Positions 8,741-18,100 of a stretch of 64,000 nucleotides of DNA are shown here, one piece after another. The notes under the pieces were generated by a model. The model did not search any database, was not told the DNA's origin, and worked only from the letters and a program-made list of their open reading frames with translations. This DNA comes from an uncultured Chthoniobacter sp. (lineage in GTDB: Bacteria; Verrucomicrobiota; Verrucomicrobiia; Chthoniobacterales; JACTMZ01): contig CAZSUJ010000008.1 of NCBI GenBank assembly GCA_964609925.1, positions 4,785 through 68,784 of the forward strand. Direction: 5' to 3'. The stretch's first letter is position 1, and every line of letters begins with the position of its first letter. Made by a program: the position numbers and the translations under genes.

Positions 8741-10594
8741 ATGCGATTTTCATCCCCCGACACCGACGCAAAGATCCAGCGGGTTCCCTCGCGTGACGAG
8801 ATTCCCGAGGCCGACCGCTGGGATCTCACCCACCTCTATCCCGACGACGCCGCGTGGGAGGCGGAGTTTGCCGCGCTGCAGGGTCGCCACTCAGGCATCG
8901 GCCAGTTCCGCGGGCGGCTGGCCGAGTCGGCTGCCGCGCTGCTGGCCGCGCTTGAGTTCGAGAAATCCATCGACCAGCCGCTCGAGCGCCTCGGCACTTA
9001 TGCCAGCCTGCGTGTGAGCGAGAACGCATCCGATCCGGCCTTCCTCGACCGCGAGGCGCGCCTCGAGAACCTGCGCACGCGCATCATCGAGGAGTGCTCG
9101 TTCCTCAGCCCGGAGTTGATGGCCATCCCGGACGACGCTTTCGCCACGCTCGCCGCCGCACCGTCGCTGCAGCCGTGGCGCCGCTCGCTCGAACGCCTGC
9201 GCCGCTTCCGGCCGCACACGCTGGACGAGCCGCAGGAGCGCCTGCTCGCGCTGGCCGGACAACCGCTAGCCGGGCACGAGGAGACCTTCTCGCAACTGAC
9301 CAACGTGGATCTCAAGTTCGGGCTCGTGGCCGACTCCTCGGGCTTGGAACGCGAGCTCAGCCTCGGCAGTTTCAGCTCCTTCCTTGTGAAGCCGGACCGC
9401 GAACTGCGCCGCCGCGCCTTCCACCAGTTCTACGCCGAGTTTTCGGACCACAAGTTCACACTCGCCAGCACGCTGGCCAACTCCGTCCGGGCTGATGTCT
9501 TCCACGCCCGCGCGCGCAACCACACGTCAGCGCTCTCCGCCGCGCTCTTCCGCAACAACATCCCCGAGGCCGTCTACACGAACCTCGTTTCTTCCGTGCG
9601 GGCCAACCTCGCGCCGCTCTTCCGCTACTACGAACTGCGCCGCCGCGCCTTGGGACTGGAGGACATCCATCACTACGACACCTACGTCCCGCTGGTGGAG
9701 AGGGTCACGACGAACATCCCGTTCGACGAGGCCATCGACCACGTCATCGCGGCCGTCGCGCCGCTCGGCCCGGAGTATGCGCGCGAGTTGGAGTCGGGCC
9801 TGCGCGGGCGCTGGTGCGACCGCTACGAGTCGCGCGGCAAGCGCAGCGGCGCCTTCTCCAGCGGTTGCTACGGGTCCCCGCCTTACATCCTGATGAACTA
9901 CAAGGCGGACGTGTTCGCGGACATGTTCACGCTGGCGCACGAGGCCGGGCACTCGATGCACACATGGTATGCGCAGCGATCGCAGTCGTTCCAAGACTAC
10001 CACTACCCGATCTTCCTCGCGGAGGTCGCCTCGACCTTCAACGAGGAACTGCTCACCCACCACCTGCTCGAAACCACCGACGACCCGCGCATGCGCGCCC
10101 ACCTGCTCAACCGGCAGATCGACGACCTGCGCGGCACGATCTACCGGCAGACCATGTTCGCCGAGTTCGAGAAGATGATCCACGAGCGGCAGGAGGAAGG
10201 CGGGGCGCTCACGCTGGATGCCTTCACCTCGATCTACCGCGGCTTGCTCGAGGCCTACTTCGGCCCCGCCTTCGTCCTCGACGCGGAACTCGACCTCGAA
10301 TGCCTGCGCATCCCCCACTTCTACAGCGCGTTCTACGTCTACCAATACGCCACCGGCATGAGCGCGGCCATCGCCCTCTCGCGGCAGGTGCTTGAGACCG
10401 GCGACGCCTCGCGCTACCTCGGCTTCCTGCGCTCGGGCGGCCTCGAGCATCCCATCGACACCCTGACCGCCGCCGGTGTGGACATGACCTCGCCCGAACC
10501 GGTCGGCCGCGCGCTCGCATTGTTCGCGCGGCGGGTGGACGAGCTGGCCGCGCTGCTCGGCGTGGACCTCGACACGCCACCCGCCGCCGCATGA
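8741..10594 (+). CDS. pepF: oligoendopeptidase F (M3B family)
   Basis: 617 aa with the zinc motif TLAHEAGHSMH. Length and overall pattern are typical of PepF. Confidence 0.85.
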   Translation: MRFSSPDTDAKIQRVPSRDEIPEADRWDLTHLYPDDAAWEAEFAALQGRHSGIGQFRGRLAESAAALLAALEFEKSIDQPLERLGTYASLRVSENASDPAFLDREARLENLRTRIIEECSFLSPELMAIPDDAFATLAAAPSLQPWRRSLERLRRFRPHTLDEPQERLLALAGQPLAGHEETFSQLTNVDLKFGLVADSSGLERELSLGSFSSFLVKPDRELRRRAFHQFYAEFSDHKFTLASTLANSVRADVFHARARNHTSALSAALFRNNIPEAVYTNLVSSVRANLAPLFRYYELRRRALGLEDIHHYDTYVPLVERVTTNIPFDEAIDHVIAAVAPLGPEYARELESGLRGRWCDRYESRGKRSGAFSSGCYGSPPYILMNYKADVFADMFTLAHEAGHSMHTWYAQRSQSFQDYHYPIFLAEVASTFNEELLTHHLLETTDDPRMRAHLLNRQIDDLRGTIYRQTMFAEFEKMIHERQEEGGALTLDAFTSIYRGLLEAYFGPAFVLDAELDLECLRIPHFYSAFYVYQYATGMSAAIALSRQVLETGDASRYLGFLRSGGLEHPIDTLTAAGVDMTSPEPVGRALALFARRVDELAALLGVDLDTPPAAA

Positions 10595-11805
10595 AGCGCG
10601 CCTTCCTCGACAAGGTGCTCGCCCGCCTCCGGCGCATCCAGCCGGAGGAGGTCGAGGCGTTCTTCGTCGAACTCGCGCGCGACAAGCGGTTCCTCGAGAC
10701 GATCTTCAACGCCATCCGCGAGGGCGTCATCGTGACCGACACCGCCGGCACAGTGGTCTTCCTCAACGAGGCCGCCTGCCAGCTCTTCGGCCTCGAACCG
10801 GCCTCCGCCCTCGGACGTCCGCTGGCCGAGAAGATCAGCGGCCTGCGCTGGAAGGAGTTGGCGCAGGGACGCGAGGTCGTCACGCGGGACATCGAGGTCT
10901 TCCACCCGGAGCACCGCATCCTCAACTTCTATGTCGTGCCGCTCATCACCGAGCCGGACGGCGACGCGGAGGGCGGGGCGCAGGCCGGATACGCGCTGAT
11001 CATGCGCGACTTCACCGAGCGGCACCGCGAGGCGCAGGAGACGCTCGAGAGCGAACGGATCGCCGCCCTGCAACTCCTCGCCGCAGGCGTGGCCCACGAG
11101 ATCGGGAACCCCCTGAACTCGCTCAACATCCACCTGCAACTCCTCGAGCGCCGCCTCCGTCGCCTGCCGCCGGGCGAGCAGGCGCAACTCCTGCAACCGC
11201 TCGAGGTGGCCCGCGACGAGATCGCCCGGCTCGACACCATCGTGACGCAGTTCCTGCGCGCCATCCGCCCCGCGCCGCTGCAACGCGCGCCGCGCGACAT
11301 CAACGCGCTCGTCTCCGGCGCCGCGGAATTCCTCGGCCCGGAGCTCAAATCCCGCGGCATCCTCCTCGAACTCGACCTCGCGCCCGGCCTGCCCGTGCTC
11401 GAGGTGGACCACGACCAGCTCAAGCAGGCGTTCTACAACGTCATCAAGAACGCGTGCGAGGCCATGGGCCAGGGCGGATTGCTCAAGGTCCGCACATCCT
11501 CGGATGCGGACTGGGTGCAGGTGAGCTTCACCGACACCGGGGGCGGGATGAGCCGCGAGGCCATGGCCCGGATTTTCGAGCCCTACTTCACGACGAAGAA
11601 GGCCGGCAGCGGTCTCGGGCTCATGATCACGCAGCGCATCGTGCGCTCCCACGGCGGGGAGATCGCCATCGAGAGCGACCCCGGTCGCGGCCTGCGCCTG
11701 ACCATCCGCCTCCCGCGCCACGACCGCCAAGTGCAGATGCTGCCGCCGGCGCCGCTCACCCTTCCGGCCCCGCGCCGCCGCAAGGAAAGCCGCCTCCCCT
11801 CTTGA
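10591..11805 (+). CDS. soluble PAS-domain sensor histidine kinase
   Basis: H-box AAGVAHEIGNPLNSL, N-box NVIKNACEAM, G-boxes DTGGGM and GSGLGL, and an N-terminal PAS-like IFNAIREGVIVTD. No transmembrane segment. ATGA overlap with the pepF stop. Confidence 0.85.
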   Translation: MKRAFLDKVLARLRRIQPEEVEAFFVELARDKRFLETIFNAIREGVIVTDTAGTVVFLNEAACQLFGLEPASALGRPLAEKISGLRWKELAQGREVVTRDIEVFHPEHRILNFYVVPLITEPDGDAEGGAQAGYALIMRDFTERHREAQETLESERIAALQLLAAGVAHEIGNPLNSLNIHLQLLERRLRRLPPGEQAQLLQPLEVARDEIARLDTIVTQFLRAIRPAPLQRAPRDINALVSGAAEFLGPELKSRGILLELDLAPGLPVLEVDHDQLKQAFYNVIKNACEAMGQGGLLKVRTSSDADWVQVSFTDTGGGMSREAMARIFEPYFTTKKAGSGLGLMITQRIVRSHGGEIAIESDPGRGLRLTIRLPRHDRQVQMLPPAPLTLPAPRRRKESRLPS

Positions 11806-11837
11806 TCGGCGGCGGCGGACAGATACTTTATCGCGCC

Positions 11838-12059
11838 ATGGATTCAGTCTCGGGTCGGGATCTCAGGAAGCTGCGCGAAACGAAGGGCATCACGCTCGAC
11901 GAGGCGGCCGCCGCGACGCGGCTGCGCACCTCGATCATCGCCGCGCTTGAAGGCGGTGCGGCCTGCGACCTGCTTGCGCCGGTTTACCAGGAACTCTCGC
12001 TGCGCACCTACGCCCGCTTCCTCGAGGAGGCCGCGGAGAAAGCCCCGGCCAAGGCGTAG
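11838..12059 (+). CDS. small helix-turn-helix (RodZ/XRE-like) protein
   Basis: ATG 11838 inside ORF 11454..12059. GRDLRKLRETKGITLDEAAAATRLRTSIIAALE looks like an HTH. Confidence 0.45.
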   Translation: MDSVSGRDLRKLRETKGITLDEAAAATRLRTSIIAALEGGAACDLLAPVYQELSLRTYARFLEEAAEKAPAKA

Positions 12060-12064
12060 ACCGT

Positions 12065-12829
12065 TCAGGACGCCGGCCGCACGGGCACGCCGCGGGACGC
12101 GAGGAAGCGCTTCACATCGCTGACCGTGTGCTCGCCAAAATGGAAGATACTCGCCGCGAGCACCGCATCCGCGCCTGCGCGCAGCAGCACGTCGGCCATG
12201 TGCTCCAACTTGCCCGCGCCCCCGCTGGCAATCACCGGGATACCGACCGCGCCTGACACCGCGGCCACCATCTCCATGTCGTAGCCCGCCTTGGTGCCAT
12301 CGGCGTCCATGCTGGTCAGGAGGATTTCGCCCGCACCCAATCTCTCCACCTCCTGCGCCCAGGCCACCGCTTCGAGATCGGTCGGATACCGGCCACCGTG
12401 CGTGTGGACGGTCCAACCGCCGCCGGGGCGACGCCGCGCGTCGATCGCCACCACGATGCACTGCGAACCGAACCGCTCCGCGCCCTCCCGCACGAGTTCG
12501 GGACGCTGGATGGCCGAGGTGTTCACGCTGACCTTGTCCGCCCCGGCGCGGAGCATGAGCCGCATGTCGTCCACCGTGCGGATCCCCCCGCCCACGGTCA
12601 GCGGCATGAAACACTCCGAGGCGGTCCGTTCGACCACGTCCACCATGGTGGCGCGGTTGTCCGACGACGCCGTGATGTCGAGGAAGACAAGTTCGTCCGC
12701 CCCCTGGCGGTCGTAGGCCCGCGCGCACTCGACCGGGTCGCCCGCGTCGCGGAGTTCGAGGAATTTCGTCCCCTTGACCACGCGGCCGCCGGTCACATCG
12801 AGGCAGGGAATGATGCGTTTTGTCAGCAC
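12065..12829 (-). CDS. hisF: imidazole glycerol phosphate synthase cyclase subunit
   Basis: 254 aa. (M)[28 protein letters not shown] and the later [10 protein letters not shown] are HisF signatures. GTG start. Confidence 0.92.
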   Translation of the reverse strand: MLTKRIIPCLDVTGGRVVKGTKFLELRDAGDPVECARAYDRQGADELVFLDITASSDNRATMVDVVERTASECFMPLTVGGGIRTVDDMRLMLRAGADKVSVNTSAIQRPELVREGAERFGSQCIVVAIDARRRPGGGWTVHTHGGRYPTDLEAVAWAQEVERLGAGEILLTSMDADGTKAGYDMEMVAAVSGAVGIPVIASGGAGKLEHMADVLLRAGADAVLAASIFHFGEHTVSDVKRFLASRGVPVRPAS

Positions 12830-12914
12830 GCGTGGAGAATGACGGCCGGCGCGTAACCGCGCAACCCGCGGATATTTTCTTTGCGCCGGGGCGCTCGTTT
12901 CCTACGGTTCGCCG

Positions 12915-13517
12915 ATGCGCGCCTTTCTCCAAGCGGCCTTGATGGCCGTTGCCGTCGTGTTCCTGACCGGATGCGCCGGCTCCGGCGGCATCGGCCGCTT
13001 CGGCACGGTGGTGGTGGACGCCGGCCACGGCGGGATCGACAAGGGGGCCAAGGGAGTGGACGGGTCGATGGAAAAGAAATACGCCCTCGACACCGCCAAG
13101 CGCGTCGAAAAAGGCCTCAAGCGCCAAGGCTACCGCGTGGTCATGACACGCAAGGGCGACTACTTCGTGCCTCTGCCGACCCGAGCCGCCATTTCGAACC
13201 GGACCCGCGGTGCGATCTTCGTCAGCATCCACTACAATTGGGCCCGCTCGGCCGCCGCGGGCACCGAGACCTACTACTACAGCCCGCGCTCCTACCCGCT
13301 CGCGGCCAACATCCAGCGCGAACTGGCGAAGTTCACCAACAACCGCGGCGTCAAGACCGCCCGCTTCCACGTCCTGCGCAACAACACCCGCCCGGCCGTC
13401 CTCGTCGAACTCGGCTTCCTCTCCAGCTCGGCCGAGGCGCGCCGCATCCGTTCGTCCGGCTACCGCCAAAAGCTCGCCGACGCCGTGGTCCGCGGCATCG
13501 TCAAGTCATCGCGCTGA
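12915..13517 (+). CDS. N-acetylmuramoyl-L-alanine amidase (Amidase_3), lipoprotein
   Basis: Lipobox LTGC. VVVDAGHGGIDKGA, FVSIHYNWA, GTETYYYS and VLVELGFLSS. Confidence 0.8.
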   Translation: MRAFLQAALMAVAVVFLTGCAGSGGIGRFGTVVVDAGHGGIDKGAKGVDGSMEKKYALDTAKRVEKGLKRQGYRVVMTRKGDYFVPLPTRAAISNRTRGAIFVSIHYNWARSAAAGTETYYYSPRSYPLAANIQRELAKFTNNRGVKTARFHVLRNNTRPAVLVELGFLSSSAEARRIRSSGYRQKLADAVVRGIVKSSR

Positions 13518-14192
13518 TTCCGGCAGGTCGCGCGGCGGAGAGCCCGCGACCGGAGGGATCGGGACGCCGAAAACCTCCGGCCCGCCCGGAGCAAACGCCG
13601 CGAACAGCCTCGCCGCCGTGATGCTGCACTGCAGCCGGCGCTGCGAACGGTCGATCTTCGGATTCACTTGGATCGCCGCCGACGCGAACGGCTCTTCTTT
13701 CTTCCTCCGCAGCACCTCACGACGCACTTCCGCGATCGGGCGCGACGTGTCTTTCACGATGCGGTCGAGCTCGAGCAGATCTTCGCGCCGGACATCGCCC
13801 CACAGGGCGCGCCAAGCGGACGGCTCGACGCGCGCCACCAGCGAGCGCACGAAGCGCTTGGTCTCGCCGTCCTGCCGCCAGAAACCGACGATGAGCAGGA
13901 ACGGCTCGTTGATGTCGTATTGCCGCAAGGCATCGCCGAGCCCCACCGGCGATCCGTCTTTGGTCGCCTTCGGATTGACCGGGATGCCGCCGTGATCCTT
14001 GTTCGCCGAAGCCGGGATGTCCCACTTCTGCGTCGCCCCGTCCGGCCGGTAGCCGCCGAAAAAGGTGTCCGCCACCCAATGCTCGAACGACAGCCCGTGC
14101 TGCTGGACCTCGGAGGCGGATACAGGTCGCACCGCGAGGAAGAGGAGCACGGCAAGCCACGCGCAGAGTGAAGAGGGGGGCGTGCGGGCCAT
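13506..14192 (-). CDS. hypothetical secreted protein
   Basis: ORF 13506..14198. ATG at 14192 gives the signal-like MARTPPSSLCAWLAVLLFLAVRPVSASE. I recognised no family motif. Confidence 0.45.
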   Translation of the reverse strand: MARTPPSSLCAWLAVLLFLAVRPVSASEVQQHGLSFEHWVADTFFGGYRPDGATQKWDIPASANKDHGGIPVNPKATKDGSPVGLGDALRQYDINEPFLLIVGFWRQDGETKRFVRSLVARVEPSAWRALWGDVRREDLLELDRIVKDTSRPIAEVRREVLRRKKEEPFASAAIQVNPKIDRSQRRLQCSITAARLFAAFAPGGPEVFGVPIPPVAGSPPRDLPESAR

Positions 14193-14303
14193 GGCCACAC
14201 AAGGACTTCACGCTGCAGAGCTGTCAAGAGCCGTTGCCCACCACGCGGACGCCGTGCCGTGCGGCCACCTCCGCATGCGGCAACGGCGGTGGCACCGCGC
14301 CGA

Positions 14304-15038
14304 CTACAAGCGCGGCCGGCGGCGCAGGCGGTAGGCCACCAAACCCGCGCCAGCCAAGGCCAGCAACGCGTAGGTCGAGGGCTCGGGCACGGCATTGATG
14401 GCCGTGCCGGGAGAGCCGATGTTGCCGAGGGCGTTGCTCGAAGTGTAGGTGAGTTGGTTGAAGTCGGTGCCGGCGATCGTGCCCAACGTGCTGATCACGC
14501 CATTGCTGGACGATCCATAGGTGTCAAAACCGCCGCTGCTGTTGTAGCCGTAAAAGAAAGTGGAGCCCGTGGTGGCGGCGCCGAAATTGACGCGCGGCGT
14601 CTGCTCGGTGCCATTGGTGGCGAAGAGCACAACGCCGTCGCCGCCAGCCCCGAAACTGACTCCGGCGCCGGTGTAGGAGCCGATGGCGATGGTGTTCGCA
14701 TTGGTGCCCCAGAAGGCCCGAAAATTCGGGATGTCCGTGCCCGGGGAGGCCGACTCGAGGAAGACAACCGTCTGTCCCGCGCCAATCGAAGTGATGCCGT
14801 TGAGCAACACCGCGTTGGTGAACGAGAAGGAGTTGTCGTCCATCCGCCATCCGGAGATGTTAACCGAATTGGTCAGGTCGAAGTTGGTGACCTCGAACCA
14901 ATCAGCTGTGCCGCCGGCTCCGGACTGGCTCATCACCTCGGTGATGCGGAGGGTGGACAGCTGCGCCTCGGCCCTCGGGCTGATGGCGAAGGTCGCGGCG
15001 GCGAGCAATGTGATGGCAAGGAGCGATGATGTTTTCAT
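14304..15038 (-). CDS. lamin-tail-domain protein with PEP-CTERM anchor
   Basis: ATG 15038 inside ORF 14304..15557. Signal MKTSSLLAITLLAAATFAISPRAEA, LTD-like LRITEVMSQSGAGGTADWFEVTN..ISGWRMDD, and C-terminal VPEPSTYALLALAGAGLVAYRLRRRPRL. Confidence 0.75.
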   Translation of the reverse strand: MKTSSLLAITLLAAATFAISPRAEAQLSTLRITEVMSQSGAGGTADWFEVTNFDLTNSVNISGWRMDDNSFSFTNAVLLNGITSIGAGQTVVFLESASPGTDIPNFRAFWGTNANTIAIGSYTGAGVSFGAGGDGVVLFATNGTEQTPRVNFGAATTGSTFFYGYNSSGGFDTYGSSSNGVISTLGTIAGTDFNQLTYTSSNALGNIGSPGTAINAVPEPSTYALLALAGAGLVAYRLRRRPRL

Positions 15039-15188
15039 GAGCAGTGGTTTTGTGTGCATGGCGGACGCAAAGTAGACGGGATACCACTTCACATCCAAGC
15101 ACTGGGTTTCAGTTCGCTGAAACACCGCCTGACAGCGCAACTTCAAGTTGCTGGGATACGCAAGGCGGGCTACGTTTCCACCCCCTTC

Positions 15189-18100
15189 ATGAGGACATTC
15201 TGGTATCTTTTCGCATTCGTCTTCTTGGGCCTGGCCTCGGGTCGCTCCCAGACCATCGTTTTCAGCGAAATCCACTACAACCCCGCGGATGGAGCGGTTT
15301 CGGGGAATGACTACGAGTTTCTCGAACTCAAGAACACCGGCCCCGCCGCTGTCGATCTGAGGGGGGCGGCGATGGTGGCAGGGATCACTTACACCTTCAC
15401 GCAATCCGTCATTGTTCCCGCCGGCGGCTCCCTCGTGCTGGCCAAGAACCGCACACGGTTCGCGGAGCGTTATCCGACGGTGACCAATCTCGCCCCCGGC
15501 GTCTTCGGCGGCCAACTCTCCAACAGCGGCGAGACCCTCACCCTCGTCAATGGGCAAGGCGCGCAGCTTTATTCAGTGACCTACAAGGATACCGACGGTT
15601 GGCCGCTCCGTGCGGACGGTCTGGGAAGCTCGCTTGTGCTCGAGAACCCGACGGGCAATCCCGACGATCCAGCCAACTGGAAGGACAGCGCGCTCTTGCA
15701 CGGCCAACCCGGCCAAGAGTCGCTCACCGCGTGGACCGATGTGGTGCTCAACGAGATCCTGGCCCACACCGATCCGCCCGAGGAGGACGCCATCGAACTG
15801 AAAAACCTGTCCTCAGGGCCCATTGATTTGACCGGCTGGTTTCTGACGGACAACCCGAGCTTCCCGACGAAATACAAGATCACCTCGGCCAGCCCGCTCC
15901 CGGGCGGAGGCTACCGCGTCTTCTACGAATACCAGTTCAACGCGAACCCCCCGGTGGATCCGCAGAACCAGCCTTTCCTCATCAGCTCCACCGGGGAGTC
16001 CGTCCTGCTGCTGGCCCCCCACCCTAACGGCTTGCGCATCGTTGATGGCGTGAAGGTCCCCGCCACGCCGAATGGCGTCACGTTCGGCCGCCACCTCGAC
16101 GGCGTCGGATCGTTCACCCTCTTGGAGTTTCTGACCTTCGGCTCGACGGGCTACACCACGCCGGAGCAATTCCGGATGGGCCAAGGCGCCGCCAACAGCG
16201 GACCCTTGGTGGAATCCGTGGTGATCAACGAAGTCATGTATCACCCCGCCACGGAGCCCGAGGAAAACTTCGAGTATATCGAGTTCTTCAACCGCGGCCC
16301 CGTCGCGATCGATCTCTCCGGCTGGGTCATGCGGGGGGTCGGTGACTACGCGTTCCCCGCGGGCACGACGATCAGTGCGGGCGGCTACCTGGTGCTCGCC
16401 TCGAATCCCGCGGCCGTGATCGCGAAATACGGACTCAATCCGACCACCGTCGTCGGACCCTACACCGGACAACTGAGCAACAGCGGCGAGCTGCTTCGCC
16501 TCACGGATGCTGACGGGGTCATCATCGATTTCGTGGAGTATCAACACGCGGAACCTTGGCCGGCGGCCGCCGATGGCCAGGGGCCGTCCCTCGAGCGGCT
16601 GGCCCCGGGCGTGCGCGGCGACGGGTTGTCCAACTGGCATTCCTCGCGGGCCACCACGGATTGGGTGCAATTGACGTGGACCCAGACCGTGAGCGGCAGC
16701 AGCCAGGATCTCCGCATCTGGGCGGACTACAACGGCCTGATCTGGCTGGATGACGTGTCGGTGAAAAAGGTGGGCACCCCGACCGAACTCGTGCCGAACG
16801 GTGGCTTCGAGGAAGGCGCGGCGGGTTGGACCGCCGTTGGCAACCACGCCGCATCCCGCCCCGAACCCGCACAGGGCCGCAATGGCACGAGCGGTTACGG
16901 CATCGGCGCCAACTTCACGCGCATCCTCGCCGACAACACCGCCTACGTTTACCAAGGCGATTCCGCCACCAACAATGTCCGCACCGGCGCCATCGCCACC
17001 GAGGACGGCCAGGAATACGAAGTTTCGCTGTGGCTGCGACGGGGAAGTCTTGGCGGCAAGGTCAACGTCCTCTTCGCCGGCCAGACCCGCAGCGTGGATT
17101 TCGGGAACGCAGGAACACCGGGCGCGGCCAACAGCATCACCCTGCCCGAGCCCGGCCCGGGCATCCAAAACGTCGCCCACGCCAGCAACACCGTGGCCAT
17201 CGGGGGGACAAATGCCGTGGTCGCCGATATCTCCGGCAGCCCCGACCTCGTCGAGTTGCGCTACCGCTTCGTCGGCGACGGCACCTACAAGTTCACCGCG
17301 ATGGACTACCAGTCCGTGCCCATGACCCCGACCGGGGGCACCAGCTATTCGGGCACTATTCCCGGCATGGGCACCAACGGCGCCGTCCTCTACCACATCC
17401 GCGCCCGCAAGAATGCGCTGGCCTACGAAGTCGTGAGCCCGCGTTTCGACGACCCCAACCGCGACTGGGGGTATCGGGTGGAGAGCAATCCGATGCAGAC
17501 CACGGTCCCGAATTGGCGCATCTACGTGGACGGCGGCCCCATCGTCTATCCCTTCTCCTTGTATGCCGTTGCCGTCAGTCCCGATGGCCAGGTCTTCCCC
17601 CACTCCATCGTGCGGCACCGCGGACGGGTTTCCTCCTCGTCGCCCACAACCACGGGCATCGCCCTGCGCATGAACAAAGGCCGGGACTACGATTCGTTCT
17701 TCGCGCCCGATCAAGAGGCGATCAACTTCCGCCACCGCAGGAATATCTCCACCGCGCAGCACAGTCGCACGGTGAACGAATACCTCTTCTACCGCCTCCA
17801 GCGCCTGCTCGGCCTCGTCACCGCGCACACCCGCCATGTTTGCCTCTGGATCGACGGCGATCCCACCATCACCATGGAATTGGAATCACCGCAAAACGGA
17901 TTCCTCGATGTCCACGGCCTCGACTCCGCCGACTACATCTCGCGCGCCGGCTACACCGGACGCAATCGCATCGATGGCGACGATCTCCTGGACAATTTCG
18001 ATCTCACGCAGTGGCAACTGGAGAACGCGTCCGGCCCCGACAAGCTCACGCTGGTCAAAAACAACCTCTGGCTGGAAACCACGCTCCTCAGCATCGCCCT

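Noticed and set aside
13506-14192. Possible PD-(D/E)xK-like pattern (..KWDI..PVNPKATK..) in the secreted hypothetical protein.
   Set aside because: The pattern is too loose, and the protein has a signal peptide, which argues against a DNA nuclease. It is left as hypothetical.
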